The translations under genes and the position numbers were made by a program. Under the pieces are notes generated by a model, which did not search any database, was not told the origin of the DNA, and saw only the letters and a list, made by a program, of their open reading frames with translations. This document shows positions 1 through 11,662 of a stretch of 64,000 bases of DNA, one piece after another. Each line of letters begins with the position of its first letter. Position 1 is the first letter of the stretch. The stretch is from Lama glama. Lineage: Eukaryota. The DNA lies in the NCBI GenBank assembly GCA_028534125.1, contig CM052817.1, positions 11,596,001 through 11,660,000 of the forward strand, read 5' to 3'.

Positions 1-75
1 CTGTCAGTGTAGCACGTTGTTATTATGTGCTCTGACAATGTGAAAATATAGGTACAAAAATGCTTGGAAGAGAAT

Positions 76-584
76 TGAGGCTGCTGTCCTTTAAAAGCCT
101 GCCTGAAAGGCTGGTCCTTGGCTGGTACCTGGGAACTTGAATTTCAAGAGGGTTCCTACCTTTCACAACTGGTAAAAGTGGCTTACTGTGGCTACACTAT
201 ACAAACATTATGGTTTATGCTAAACACCTGCTTCCTTTCTGAGAGCCTAGAATTTTGGTACATGTTAAGCAGAGGGTGCCCTGTGTGACTTGCCCCCAAT
301 AAAAATCTTGAGCACTGAGTCTCTAGTGGGCTGTGAGGTAGACAGCATTTCACATGTAACATTACGAACTGAGCGACTCCACTGTGTGACTCCACTGTCA
401 GAGAACTCTTTAAGTTTGTACCTGATTTTCTCAACATTTTGGCCCACGTGCCTCTTCCCTTTGCTGGTTTTGTTTGTATACCTTCACTGTAACAAATCAT
501 AGCTTGAGAGCAACTATAGCTGCGTCCTATGAGTCCTCCTTGTGAATCATTCAAAATGGAATGTTATTGGGGATCCCCAACACT
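76..584 (+). mobile_element. MER68-like solo LTR (ERVL class), 5' end slightly truncated
   Basis: Colinear with the recalled MER68 consensus from GAGGCTGCTGTCCTT...GGGAACTTG through CCCCCAATAAAAA to the terminus GAGTCCTCCT...GGGGATCCCCAACA. Confidence 0.8.
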
Positions 585-734
585 GACTAAGGGTAACCAC
601 TGGAACAAAATACAAACCTTCCAAAATATCAGAATTATAAAAAAGAAATAAATGAGACCACATAGTAAAAGCTTCTATCTATCCCCATCTACCCTTTTAC
701 CTATAACATGGCAAAACTAAAACCAAAAACTGTG

Positions 735-2030
735 GTAAATCGATAATTATAAATGGGCTTAACTCATCCACTAAAAGAAAAAAGATCTTCAGATTGGATC
801 ACTAAATAAAACCCAATTCTGTGCTGAAACTGAAAGACACACAACACAAATTAGTGAAATGTTAAAAGAGTAAACAAATTATTTATGCAGATAAGCGAAA
901 ACCAAAAAAAAAAGTAAGTAGGGATTGCAATCTAAAATATATATCAAAAAATTTAGTCCCAGATACCATTAAATGAGACCAAAAAACTATTCAATTTGCA
1001 ATGAAAATATAGCAGTTACATAGTATTGAAGGATACAGTCCACAACGAAGTTGCAATTGTCATAGTTCTATTTGCACCAAATAAGAACTTCATGAAGGAG
1101 AAAATAGAGGCAATTAATAATGAATAGACAGAAACACTGCCAGTAGAAAGTTTTCATTCATCTCTTTAGTGTTAAAATCAACAGGACAGAAATAGGTATG
1201 TAGGTAGCCTATACAATGTAATCAATGAGGTAGCTCTGGTGGGAGATATATATATATTCAAATTTATACATTGATAATAGAGGATATATTTTTTAAATGT
1301 CTTTGAAACGGTAATAAAATTGACTATATATTAGGCTCCAATACCAAAATGAAGTAAAACAAATGGACTACACTACCACAGTGCAGTAAAACTAGAAATT
1401 AATGGCAAAAGCACAAAATGAAAAAGATTTTCCACCGTGAAAAAACATTTTAAAGCTGTATTAGAGGACCTTAGGAAAAAGGAAAATTGAGCAGAAAATG
1501 CAGAATTTCTTGAAACAAGTTAATGAAAGTAATGCCTATCAGAATCCTAGGGTTAAGCCATTCTCAGAAGAAAATTTATAGCTGTAAATACTTAGAGCAA
1601 TAAAAAGAAACCATAAAAATATGACACAAAAGATAGAAAAAGAAAAAAAAATAAACCAAAGGAAGCCAAAAGAAAGTATTAATGAAAATAAAAGCAGGAT
1701 GGAAGGGGTTGGAGAACATAATGAAAAAGATAAAATAAAACTCTTGTGAAAGGGATGAGATTATCTAAGAGAAAAGGAGGAAAATACATATATACAAGAG
1801 AAATGACAAGAAGGGGGAACAAAACAAAAAGAGAAAACTGAAACATTGTAAGAGGGTATTTTGTGCAACTCTATATAATAAATTTTAAAACTTGAAAATA
1901 GTAATTTTCCAAGAAAATATGACTTAGACCATGACATGTCAATTATGAGTAAAGTACCTGGAAGAGAAAGAAAATCCCAACAGACCAATTTCCATAGGAA
2001 AGAAATAGAGAAATAGAAAACTCGGGGCTC
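735..2030 (+). mobile_element. Ancient L1 (L1M-type) ORF2 endonuclease/linker region, heavily decayed
   Basis: A-rich; AATGGGCTTAACTCATCCACTAAAAGA...GATTGGAT resembles the ORF2 N-terminus (NGLNSP.KR); CAGTGCAGTAAAACTAGAAATTAAT and AGAAAATTTATAGC are L1 landmarks; no intact frame. Confidence 0.75.
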
Positions 2031-2034
2031 CCTC

Positions 2035-2526
2035 ATCCATTGCCCCTGAGCTCCAAATCTGTCCTCCTACATGTAGTTCTCTGATGCTGGGGCTGGGCCT
2101 TTGCGAACTACAGTTCGCAGGTTCCTTTGCCTGCAGCTGCCCTCTATTGATAGGGAGCACTGAGAAGGTGAAAGTCGGGAGCTGTAGAGAATGGGCTTTT
2201 GATTTGTTGCTGTTTCTGTTTGTTACCCAGGATGATTAGTTTTCACCCTTCTGCTTCTGAGGGGATCCGTGGAAGCAGCTGCATCATGCTCCTCAGGTCA
2301 GAGCCTCCATTCTGCTTGGCCCTTCCTCTGAGCTCCTAGGTTCTTGTAACCTCACTGTCTTCTCTGTTGCTGCATCCCTAAGAGTGGTACCAGCCTTCTA
2401 CAGTTAATTCTTGCTCTGCCTCAATATTCCCTTCTTGCTCCTTCAGCCTTAGAATACCTGTGTAGTGAATTCCCCACACTGAATTCCATCTGTTAAATAT
2501 ACAGTGTGGTATTTCCCCCCTTGATT
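2035..2526 (+). mobile_element. Old ERVL-class solo LTR (LTR41/LTR50-like) inserted in the L1
   Basis: Abrupt GC shift; GAACTACAGTTC...GGTTCCTTTGCC and a 3' end like GAATTCCATCTGTTAAATATACAGTGTGG. Confidence 0.55.
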
Positions 2527-2693
2527 TAACCTCTCTTGCTTCAGTTTTCTCAGATGTAAAATGGAGATGATGATGATATAATAATGATAACAATAATACC
2601 TTATTAGGTTGTTACTAAATGAATTAATATGTGTAGATTCTTAGAACAAGTTCTGGCAAAGAGTAAAACCCTATGTAAAATTACTGCTATTAT
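2527..2693 (+). mobile_element. MIR SINE fragment
   Basis: Core TTAACCTCTCTTGCTTCAGTTTTCTCAGATGTAAAATGGAGATGAT. Confidence 0.75.
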
Positions 2694-2699
2694 CAAAAA

Positions 2700-3075
2700 G
2701 ATTTACCTCACCTCTTCCCTCCAAAAAACAAAACACTTGGCCTAGACAGATTTATAGAAAACTTTTATGAAAACTTTAAAGTGCAGATACTCTCATTGCT
2801 GTTTTATCTATTCTAGAGGATAGAAAAGAAGGAAAATTTCCAAATCAGTTCTTGTGATGTAAGTACAACATTGATAACAAAGCTTAAGAAAAATTTTACA
2901 AAAAGGAAATTACAAAACTGTCTCATTTTACAAATAAAAATGAAAAATCCTAAATAAGGCATTAGCAAAGAAAGCTTGGCAGCATATTAAAGAATAAAGC
3001 ACCATGACCAAGCCAGAAGTGGAAAAAGGCTTAATATTAGGAAATTTAGTAATATAATTCACCATGTTAATAGGT
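2700..3075 (+). mobile_element. Continuation of the ancient L1 ORF2 (start of RT region)
   Basis: GGCCTAGACAGATTTATAG (GPDGFT-like), AAAATCCTAAATAA...TTAGCAAA, CACCATGACCAAG landmarks. Confidence 0.7.
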
Positions 3076-3184
3076 TTAATAGGTGTAAGTTATGTTGGAG
3101 GCCCTGGGGTTCAGTTTGTGGTTCTCTTCTCTATCTGCATTCACTCCCTTGGTGATCCCAAGTTCTCCTGACTTCATATGTTAG

Positions 3185-3362
3185 CCATGACCTTTTTTTG
3201 CACAGCTCTCAAGTTAAAAATGATTTTTCATTTTTAAAAGGTTGTAAAAAAAAAACCAACCAAACAACCTCTCCCCTTTCCTCCCCACATACAAAAAAGA
3301 GGTGATGTCTCATAAAGGCTAAAATCTTCACTAGTTTTTTAAAGAAAAGATTTGACGACTAC
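3185..3362. mobile_element. hAT-Charlie (MER58-like) DNA transposon fragment
   Basis: AAAAATGATTTTTCATTTTTAAAAGGTTGTAAAAA and AAAGGCTAAAATCTTCACT...AAAGATTTGACGAC. Confidence 0.45.
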
Positions 3363-3407
3363 TCAGATAAAATAAATAGCTTTTGGAATAGACTGACTCC
3401 TAAAAGA

Positions 3408-3552
3408 TTTTTAATTTGAGTACAGTGTACATCCAGACAAGTGCACATGCCCTAAGTGTACTACTGCACAAATTCTGTAAACTGGCCATACCTATGTAAC
3501 CAGCACCCAAATCAAGAAACAGAATATTCCATGGTCCCCAGAAACCACCTTG
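3408..3552 (-). mobile_element. Old L1M 3' UTR fragment
   Basis: AAGTGCACATGCCCTAAGTGTAC...TGTAACCAGCACCCAAATCAAGAAACAGAATATT. Confidence 0.7.
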
Positions 3553-3601
3553 TAATGAGAATGTCCTGCTTCTGTTCTTGCACATGCATGTCCTTATTTT
3601 T

Positions 3602-4024
3602 AAATTTTTAAAAATTTTTAAATTTTTATTAAGTTATAGTCAGTTTACAATGTTGTGTTAGTTTCTGGTGTACAGCACAGTTTTTCAGTCATACACAAAT
3701 ATACATATATTCATTTTTTCACTGTGAGCTAGTGCAAGATCTTGACTATATTTCCCTGTGCTATACAGTATAAACTTGTTTATCTATTCTATATATACCT
3801 GTCAGTATCCATAAATCTCAAACTCCCAGTCTGTCCCTACCCACCCCACTCCCCTCCGGCAACCACAAGTTTGTATTCTATGTCTCTGAGTCTGTTTCTG
3901 TTTTATATTTAAGTTCATTTATCTTCTGTTTTTTGTTTGTTTGTTTGTTTGATTTTTAGATTCCACATATGAGTGATATTATATGGTATTTTTCTTTCTC
4001 TTTCTGTTTAACGTCACTTAGAAT
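3602..4024 (-). mobile_element. Young 5'-truncated lineage-specific L1 3' end (about 420 bp) with TSD
   Basis: T-rich tail on the + strand, L1 3' UTR (TTTACAATGTTGTGTTAGTTTCTGGTGTACAGC...GATTCCACATATGAGTGATAT), flanked by ATGCATGTCCT(T/C)ATTTTT at 3584 and 4023. Confidence 0.9.
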
Positions 4025-4041
4025 GCATGTCCTCATTTTTT

Positions 4042-4816
4042 AAAATTGAAGTATAGTCAGTTACAATGTGTCAATTTCTGGTGTACGGCATAATGTCCCA
4101 GTCATACATATATTAACATGTATTCATTTTCATATTCTTTTTCATTAAAGGTTATTACAAGATATTGAATATAGTTCCCTGTGCTACGCAGAAGAAATTT
4201 GTTTTTTATGTATTTTTATATATAATAGTTAACATTTGCAAATCTCAAACTCCAAAATTTATCCCTTCTCAAATCCTCTCCTCCAGGAACCATAAGATTG
4301 TTTACTATGTCTGTGAATCTGTTTCTGTTTTGTAGATGAGTTCATTGTGTCCTCTATTTTCTTTTTCTTTTCTTTTTTTTCAAATTCCACGTATGAGTGA
4401 TATCAAATGGTATTTTTCTTTCTCTTTCTGGCTTACTTCACTTAGAATGACAATCTCCAGGTCCATCCATGTTGCTGCAAATGGCATTATTTTATTCTTT
4501 TTTATGGATGTGTAGTATTCCTTTGTATAAATATACCACACCTTCTTTATCCAGTCATCTGCTGATGGACATTTAGGTTGCTTCCATGGCTTGGCTATTG
4601 TATGTTGTGCTACTAGGAACGTTGGGGTGCAGGTATCTTTTCAAATTAGAGTTCCCTCCAGACATATGCCCAGGAGTGGGATTGCTGGATCATATGGTAA
4701 GTCTATTTTTAGTTTTTTGAGGAATCTCCACACTACTTTCCATAATGACCGCACCAAACTACATTCTCACCAGCAGTGTAGGAGGGTTCTCTTTTCTCCA
4801 CACCCTCTCCAACATT
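4042..4816 (-). mobile_element. 5'-truncated lineage-specific L1 (3' UTR and end of ORF2)
   Basis: GGTCCATCCATGTTGCTGCAAATGGCATT, CCCAGGAGTGGGATTGCTGGATCATATGG; the ORF at 4591-4935 is antisense L1; TSD-like TGTCTTCATTTTT at 4817. Confidence 0.9.
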
Positions 4817-5764
4817 TGTCTTCATTTTTAATCCATTACAATCTTAAGAGTATAGGTTTGAAATTTGTTTTTCATATTCTTTCTTCTTCCATTCTTATTA
4901 AAATTTTCTTCTCACCAGTAAGGAAAACATTTTAATTTTTAATCATTATCTTGCCCTATTTTTTTTAACAACTTGAAAGTTTTAACAGAAGAGAGAAATC
5001 AAAACTACATAAGCTGAGCAACATGAAACTAACACAACAGCATCGTGTAGGATGGCAGTGTATTTTTTTCTCTAAACAGACAGAACATAACACTGAGAAA
5101 TAACATAGTACTTCCCTTTAAATAGATTAGAGAGAATAATACTTTGTGTCTTCAAGGTAGCATATACACAGTCTAATGCCAAAGTTGCTATGGAAACTAT
5201 TGAATGATAGAAAAAACAGTTGCATAAAATCTGTATAATTCATGGATTTCTGAGAATTTTCAGCTGTAAATTCATAATACTTAGGACTTCTTACCCAACT
5301 GGGCATTTATCTATTTGGTAAACATCTTTTTTTTTTTTTGTCTATATGTGCTGAAATACTGCTATTGATTGAGTTACTCTGAAAAACTTGCCTGAGTTAC
5401 CAAAATTCTGTTTTCAGGGCTTAAATTTGTGAAATATGCTTATTTCTTTATAAAGAAAAGCATACACACATACACATTCTTCACTTATTTAAAAAATCCA
5501 TAAATTCCTATAAAAATTTATAGTATTAAAGGTACTCTTCAGCCCTTTAGAAGTTTAACAGGAATAAGTGATCTGTGGGAAAACAAGAAGACTGATAATT
5601 TAGAAGTCAATACTTACAAATACTAATTTTGACTCCAAAGTGGATCTGAAACAAGAAAAGGTGGTGGGAATCTATGTCGTAGGCCACAGATACTTTCACC
5701 TTCCTTTAAAGAAAAAGTAATGGAAAACCAGCAACTTACAAGCAGTTAAGCCTTCCTTGTTTTC

Positions 5765-6090
5765 AGCATTCTTCTAGGCACTGTGGCTATACAGCAGAAA
5801 AGACGACCTTGGAGCAAAATCCCCGTTCTCATGAGGCTTATATTCTAGCAGTGGTAGACAGATGCTAAACAAACAAAAACACTAGCTAGTGATGAGCACT
5901 AAAATGAGAATCAGGTAGAGGGGCAATTAATTTTACCAGTGGGTGGTCAGGGAAGTTCTCATCGAGGAGATTACCTTTGATTTCGAAACCTAAATGGCAA
6001 GAAGGAGACAGGTGGATGGAGATTTGAGGAAACAACACCCGAGTAGAGGAAAAGCTGAGGCAGACCCTAGGACAGGGAAGAGTTTGTTTC
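5765..6090 (-). mobile_element. L2 LINE fragment
   Basis: TTCTAGGCACTGTGGCTATACAGCAG...CTCATGAGGCTTATATTCTAG...GGTGGTCAGGGAAG. Confidence 0.65.
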
Positions 6091-7099
6091 TCTCTCCTGA
6101 GAACTGTAAGCTGCTTTTAGTACCTAGTACCCACTTCTATGTGAAATTCAGAGAGCACTGTATTGTTTGACATTGGAGTGACATTAAAAGGGAAGAAAAG
6201 TTTTCCTTTTTGTTGCCTCTCTTCTCTGCAATCATGGCCTTGATGCTTCAGAGTGATCTGCTGTCAGAAGATTCAGCTGCAGTGTTCTAGCTCAGTATGC
6301 ACTCTTCTTCTTACATGTACACCTTTTCTTTTTCCTTTCCTGCCTCCTTGCCAGCTTGTCTTCCCTTCTTTCCACCCTCCCTTTCTCCTTCCTTCCTTCC
6401 CTGGCTTCCTTCCTTTATTCCACAAACATCTGCGAAATGCCCAGAGTGTGTGTACATGACAAAGGCACAATAAGAGAAGTTTTGTGGGAACAGATTCATC
6501 AGAGTTCACCAAGAACAGGTGGTCCCCATCCAAGGAATTCAAATGCACAGCTTGCTTTAGCCTTGGCTGATCTTCTGAGATGGAATTTAAACGTTCCAGA
6601 TTCCCAAATTTCAAAACACAATAACCTCCTCTGTTTGTTTCACTTATAGCAAATGTCTCCATTTGTGAGCTCAACATTTTTGGCATGAGCATTTTGAGGT
6701 GGGAGTGTGGGGGAAAGTGTTGTGCCAACAGTCAGGGGAAAGGAAACTTTGTTCTTTATGCATGAAAATAATGACTAATTCCTTTACATCAGGGTTGGCC
6801 TTTAGGATATAGGTTTTGAAAACAACTCATTAGTGAGGGGAAAGAAACAACAGACATGCAAATAGAGTCATAAAAAAGTGCAAAGTGGACTGTGTGCCGA
6901 GGATGAACATGAAGACCTATCACAGTATGTAGCACATGCAATTGGGAATATATTTTGGAGCATTTTATAGCATTTTTATAAGTGGGTTGCTTAGCTGTTT
7001 TAGCAACTCTGGACTTCAAAATTTGAATACAGTTGTTAATGGAGTCAACATCATTTGGATATTATTGTTACTATTATTGTTTTAATTAACACTGTCTGA

Positions 7100-7263
7100 G
7101 GGGAGGGTGTAGTTCAGTGGTAGAGGGCTTGCCCAGCATGCCCTAGGTCCTGGGTTCAATCCCCAGTACCTCCATTTAAATAAATAAATAAACCTAATCA
7201 CCCCCCCCCCAAATAAAATAAACTTTAAAAACTAAATGAAAATTAAAAATAAATAAATAGAAA
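7100..7263 (+). mobile_element. tRNA-derived SINE of the camelid Vic-1 type
   Basis: GGGGAGGGTGTAGTTCAGTGGTAGAG (A box), GGTTCAATCC (B box), TAAA repeats, C-run and A-rich tail; 13-bp TSD AACACT(G/A)TCTGAG at 7088-7100 and 7264-7276. Confidence 0.9.
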
Positions 7264-7583
7264 AACACTATCTGAGGAGGTTCTCTAATTAGAAACTTTA
7301 TGAAGATAACTGAAGGGTTACTAGTGAATCCATATTAGCAAATGAGAAATGTTTACGGTTTATTTACAATGTGTAAAACCTAACTGTAATTACATTTTAG
7401 CTCATTGTCAATAATAACTGGATATGAACTTCCCGTCTCTTCTCACTAAGAACTAGTGCAGCCCTTGACCTTGCATTGCCAAGCAAAAGGCAGTGCTCCA
7501 GGCGGACGAGCATTCTCCATTCCGTTAGTCTCTGTTGACCCGCCTCCCACACCAGTTGGTCACGGAAAAGCTGCTTTCTTGGT

Positions 7584-8028
7584 TGTGATGAGTAATGTTA
7601 TGTGTCAGCTTGACTGGGCTCAAGAATGCCTAGAAGATGATTTTGAAGATGAGCAAAGATCCACCCTCACAAATGTGGGTGGGCATTGTTCAGTCTGTTG
7701 GGGGCTCAGATAAAACAGAAAAGCGGAGGAAGGGTGAACTCTTTCTCCTCTTGAGCTGTTCGTCCATCTTCTCCTGCCCTCAGACAGCAGAGCTCCTGGT
7801 TCTTGAGTTTTGGGGCCCCAGGACTTACGCATTGGCTCCTTTGGTTCTCTTTGGACTTGGACCGAATTATTCCGCTCACTTTCCTGGTTCTGTAACTTGC
7901 AGACAGCAGATTGTGGGACTTCTTGACCTCCATAACCATGTGGACCAATTCCTATCATAAATCTTCTCGTATATATAACTATATATACCCTGTTGGTTCT
8001 GCTTCTCTGAAGAACCCTGACCAATACA
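7584..8028 (+). mobile_element. MLT2-type ERVL solo LTR
   Basis: Starts TGTGATG...TTATGTGTCAGCTTGACTGGGC, ends GGTTCTGCTTCTCTGAAGAACCCTGACCAATACA. Confidence 0.9.
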
Positions 8029-8099
8029 GACTATTAAGTTTAGGACAGTTTGGAGAATTTTCAATTTCTGCTTCTTCAGTTGTTTGGTGTTTTAAGTTC

Positions 8100-8457
8100 T
8101 GCTATGGTCTGAATGTTTCTGTTCCCCCAAAACATGTATATTGAAATTCTAACCTCCAAAGTGATTGTATTAGGACATGGGGCCTTTGGGAGGTAATTAG
8201 ATCACGAGGGAAGAACCCTCCTGACTGGGATTAGTGCCCTTAGAAAAGGGACCCCAGAGAACCCTGTCACCCTCTTTCCCACCACGTGAGGATACAGTGA
8301 GAAGCCTGCACACCATGAAGAAGGTTCTCACCAGTCCCCGACCATTCTGGCACCTTGATCTTGGACAGTCTCCAGAACTGTGAGAAATGAATTTCTGTTG
8401 TTTTTAAGTCACTCAGTCTCTTGTATTTTGTTATAGCGATCTGAATAGACTAAGACA
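8100..8457 (+). mobile_element. MLT1A-type MaLR solo LTR
   Basis: TGCTATGGTCTGAATG...GGGGCCTTTGGGAGGTAATTAG...TTGTTATAGC...GACTAAGACA; flanks AGTTC/ATTTC resemble a 5-bp TSD. Confidence 0.9.
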
Positions 8458-8824
8458 ATTTCTAACCACAGTTTTTATTGCTTTTCTTCAATGTTCTTTT
8501 CAAAGCACTGGCTGCTCAGGGATGCTGTTCTGTGGCTCTGTGTTCTCAGCAGCATCTCTCTTCTCTCCTGCAGGTCCCTGTAGACTTGAGCACTGACAGG
8601 GGGTGAGGGTGAGGGGTTAATTAATTCTGACTTTTTTGTGTGTGAAGCAACTTCCTGACTGGATCAGAACCAATGAACAGTTCCTTTTTTCCATGACTGT
8701 CTGTGGACCCTGTTGTTGTCCCTGATGCTACTGACACACACCCCTCTGGCTCAAGCTCTCACCCAGAGTCTCTGATCTCTGTCCACCTACCTACCTCCTG
8801 TGTCCTTCCATCCCTCCATCTTCC

Positions 8825-9040
8825 TGCTCTCCATGCTCCTGATACACTGGACTTTTTTTAGTTTCTGGCCACCATGTTCTGTTCTGTCTCAGGGCTATCT
8901 TACATGCTGTTCTTCTACCTGAAAAGCTTTTCTGCTGTGATCAGCCCTTTTCACTATCCCAGAACCCTCTCCCTCATTTCTCAGATCTCTGTTAAATGCC
9001 TCCACTGCAGGGATAGTGTCCTTGACCATGTAGTCTACAT
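8825..9040 (+). mobile_element. L2 fragment
   Basis: ACACTGGACTT...TCTCAGGGC...CATGCTGTTC...CAGATCTCTGTTAAATG. Confidence 0.55.
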
Positions 9041-9139
9041 TGGACTTGTTTACAGTACATTCTCTGCATTAGTTAGGGTCATGCTAACCAATTTAACTTC
9101 CCCATTTAAGTAGTTTTACGTAGCTTATTACTTACTCAT

Positions 9140-9589
9140 TGTATCAATTTCCTAGGGCTGATGTAACAAAGAACCAAAACTGCAATGGCTTAAAACAACA
9201 GAAAATTATTGTCTCAGTTCTGGAGCCTAGAAATCTGAAATCAAGGTGTCAGATATTCTCTCTGATGGCTCTGAGGGCCACAAGAATCCTTCTTGCGATT
9301 TCTAGCCTCTGGTATTTGCTGGTAATCCTTGGTGTTCCTTGACTTGCAGATGCATCACTCCAGTTATATACCGTTTTCTTCCTGTGTGTTTCTGCCTTGT
9401 CTTTCCCCTGTGTGTCTGTCTCTGTGTCCAAATTTCTCCTTTTATTCAGAATTCCAGTCATATCAGATTGGGGCCTGATCTAATGGCTTCATTTTAAATT
9501 GATTACCCCCATGAAGACCCTTATTTCCAAATAAGCTCACATTCTGAGGTACTGGGAGTTATGGCTTCAGCATAATTCAACTTATAATG
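9140..9589 (-). mobile_element. MLT1C-like MaLR solo LTR
   Basis: TGTATCAATTTCCTAGGGCTG...GGCTTAAAACAACAGAAA...CACATTCTGAGGTACTGGG; TSD CTCAT/CTCAC. Confidence 0.85.
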
Positions 9590-10162
9590 CTCACATAATA
9601 TAGATTTTTCTTGGTCAGTGAGCAGCTTTCCTATCCATGGTGATTTAGGAACTAGATTCCTCTTTATGGCTTTACCGTCCCTCAGACTTTGGCACTGTCT
9701 GTGTAGCTGACGAAGGAAGGGAAGGAGAGTGTGGAGAAGGCACAGTACCTCATTCTGGCGTTGGCACAGAGACGGTGCATGTCCATTCTCACACACCGCT
9801 GGGGAGGACTTGTCCCAGGCTCTGCCTAGACACAAGGAGAGAATGGAAAGTGTAGTCTGCTGGGTGTGGCCTTTTAAGTCAATTGTGGAGAAGAGCTGGT
9901 ACTTCTATTTACAATCCACTGCAGACCAATGTTTTGTAAAGTAAAATAAAATATTATATTTAAAAATGAATTAAAAGTGATAGATCAGTTTATTAAAATT
10001 TAGCAGACATACAATTATTTTACCAAAATTCTGTAAGTTTCTGAATACTTAAACTTTCTATTTCTGTGTTTAGTCTCATCATGGACCAGTAACAAAAAAA
10101 TTACGGGTACTAGGCCATGGCCCACACTTTTGAGTAGTGCCGCCTTACGCTGTCAGTGGGAG

Positions 10163-10512
10163 TGGTTTTAATCAGCTCAGGCTGCTACAACAAAAATACC
10201 ACAGACTGGGGGCTTAAACAACAGACATTTATTCTTCACAGTTCTGGAGGCTAGGAAGTCCGAGATCAAGATGCCGGCAGGTTTGACTTGGTGAAGGCCC
10301 TCTTCCTGACTTGCAGACAGCCTCTTTCTCACCGTGTCCTCATACGCTAGAGAGAAAGTGAGCTCTGGTCTCTTCTTGTACGGACACTAGTACAGTCATG
10401 GGGCTCCACTCTCATGATCTCATCTAAACCTAATTATCTCCCAAAGGCTTCACCCTCAAACATCATGGGAAAAGTGGAGGTTAGGGCTTCAGTATGAATT
10501 TTGGGGGGAAAT
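10163..10512 (-). mobile_element. MLT1A-type MaLR solo LTR
   Basis: GGCTGCTACAACAAAAATACCACAGACTGGGGGCTTAAACAACAGACATTTATT...TATGAATTTTGGGGG. Confidence 0.85.
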
Positions 10513-10589
10513 AAGTTGTAATATTTGTTGAAGAGATGACTTTTTCTGCCTCACTCTGGTAACTCCTGGTGCTTACCTCAACCCTGCCT

Positions 10590-10757
10590 TCACACTTTAT
10601 TGTACTATAATTACTAGTTTGGCGTTTGTCTTTTCTGCTCATCCCCTGGACTCCAAGCTCTGTGAGGACAGAGACCACGTATGTCTTGTATACAACTGTG
10701 TCCTCAGCGCTCATTTGAGTGCTTGGCATAATGCTGGGGATTAATAAATACTTGTCA
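10590..10757 (+). mobile_element. L2 3' end
   Basis: AAGCTCTGTGAGGACAGAGACCA...GTGCTTGGCATA...AATAAATACTTG. Confidence 0.7.
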
Positions 10758-11504
10758 AAATTCTGTTTCCGGTCTGCACCTGGAATGATCTCTTAAAAAT
10801 ATGTTTGCCTAAAATTTGTGGCATTAATTCATTTAACAGGAGCTCTGTTATTTTCTTCTGCCTTTTAATGTTTTCCTTACGCCTTGTTTGTCAAACACTC
10901 ATGTTCTAAATCTATAAATAGTGCAGAAAAGGATTTCCTTGAAACAATGGGCCTAATGAAATGATTAGCAGGTGGTCAGGCTGAGTAGCTGGCCTGGATT
11001 AGGGTAATAAGAGTGTCACAGTTGTCAGAACTCTGACTGCATATAGGGAGAATAATTTGTAAGCAAAATAAGAATATTTTGCCAAAGAAGTAAATACTGA
11101 GAAATAAAGAGAAGGCCCAGTTAGGAGTGGTAACCAATGAGAATTCTTCTAGGAAGACAGAAGATTATAGATAATGGATATTGAAATCACATAGCCATGG
11201 AAAATGGAATGTCACTGAGTTCTGTAAAGAATAAATTGAGAGAGTATTCTAAATACCAAATTCAGAAGAGGCCCCATTAGTCCAGCAAGAATCTAATAAA
11301 AGATTTGAGCAAGATTATATGCAACGTTTTCCTCCAGCAGCAGGAAATATTGCTCCTTAGGAGAGAACTTAGGTGGACTTTTTCCTAATTTTGTATCTCA
11401 GAGTCTTTCTGAAGAGCCTGGTTGCTGCATACAGAAAGTAATGTATACTTAGTATGTATACATTAAATAAAAATGGCAAACATTCAATGAGAGGTGTCTT
11501 CGGT

Positions 11505-11662
11505 CAGTTACTGAGCAACATACTTTATATGCATTGTTCATTTAACCCTTACAACAGCTCTACTTTATAGATTTTATTATTTCCTCCATTCCATAGATAA
11601 GAGAACTGAATCTGTAAAAAAGTTAAGTGATTTGCCGGAGTCCCAGAGCTTATACGTGGAGG
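11505..11662 (-). mobile_element. MIR fragment
   Basis: CATTTAACCCTTACAACAGC...CCATAGATAAGAGAACTGA...GTTAAGTGATTTGCC. Confidence 0.65.

Noticed and set aside
6253..6728. Overlapping ORFs up to 151 aa
   Set aside because: Caused by a low-complexity CT-rich tract; no recognisable protein
7100..7172. tRNA-like sequence
   Set aside because: It is the head of a SINE, shown by the A-rich tail, the TSD and the decayed stems
8555..8608. Acceptor/donor pair defining a 29-nt + strand exon
   Set aside because: Embedded among repeats with no supporting context; pseudo-exons like this are common
8100..10512. MLT1A-type LTRs possibly bounding a provirus
   Set aside because: Opposite orientation, diverged, and no internal MaLR sequence between them; independent solo LTRs
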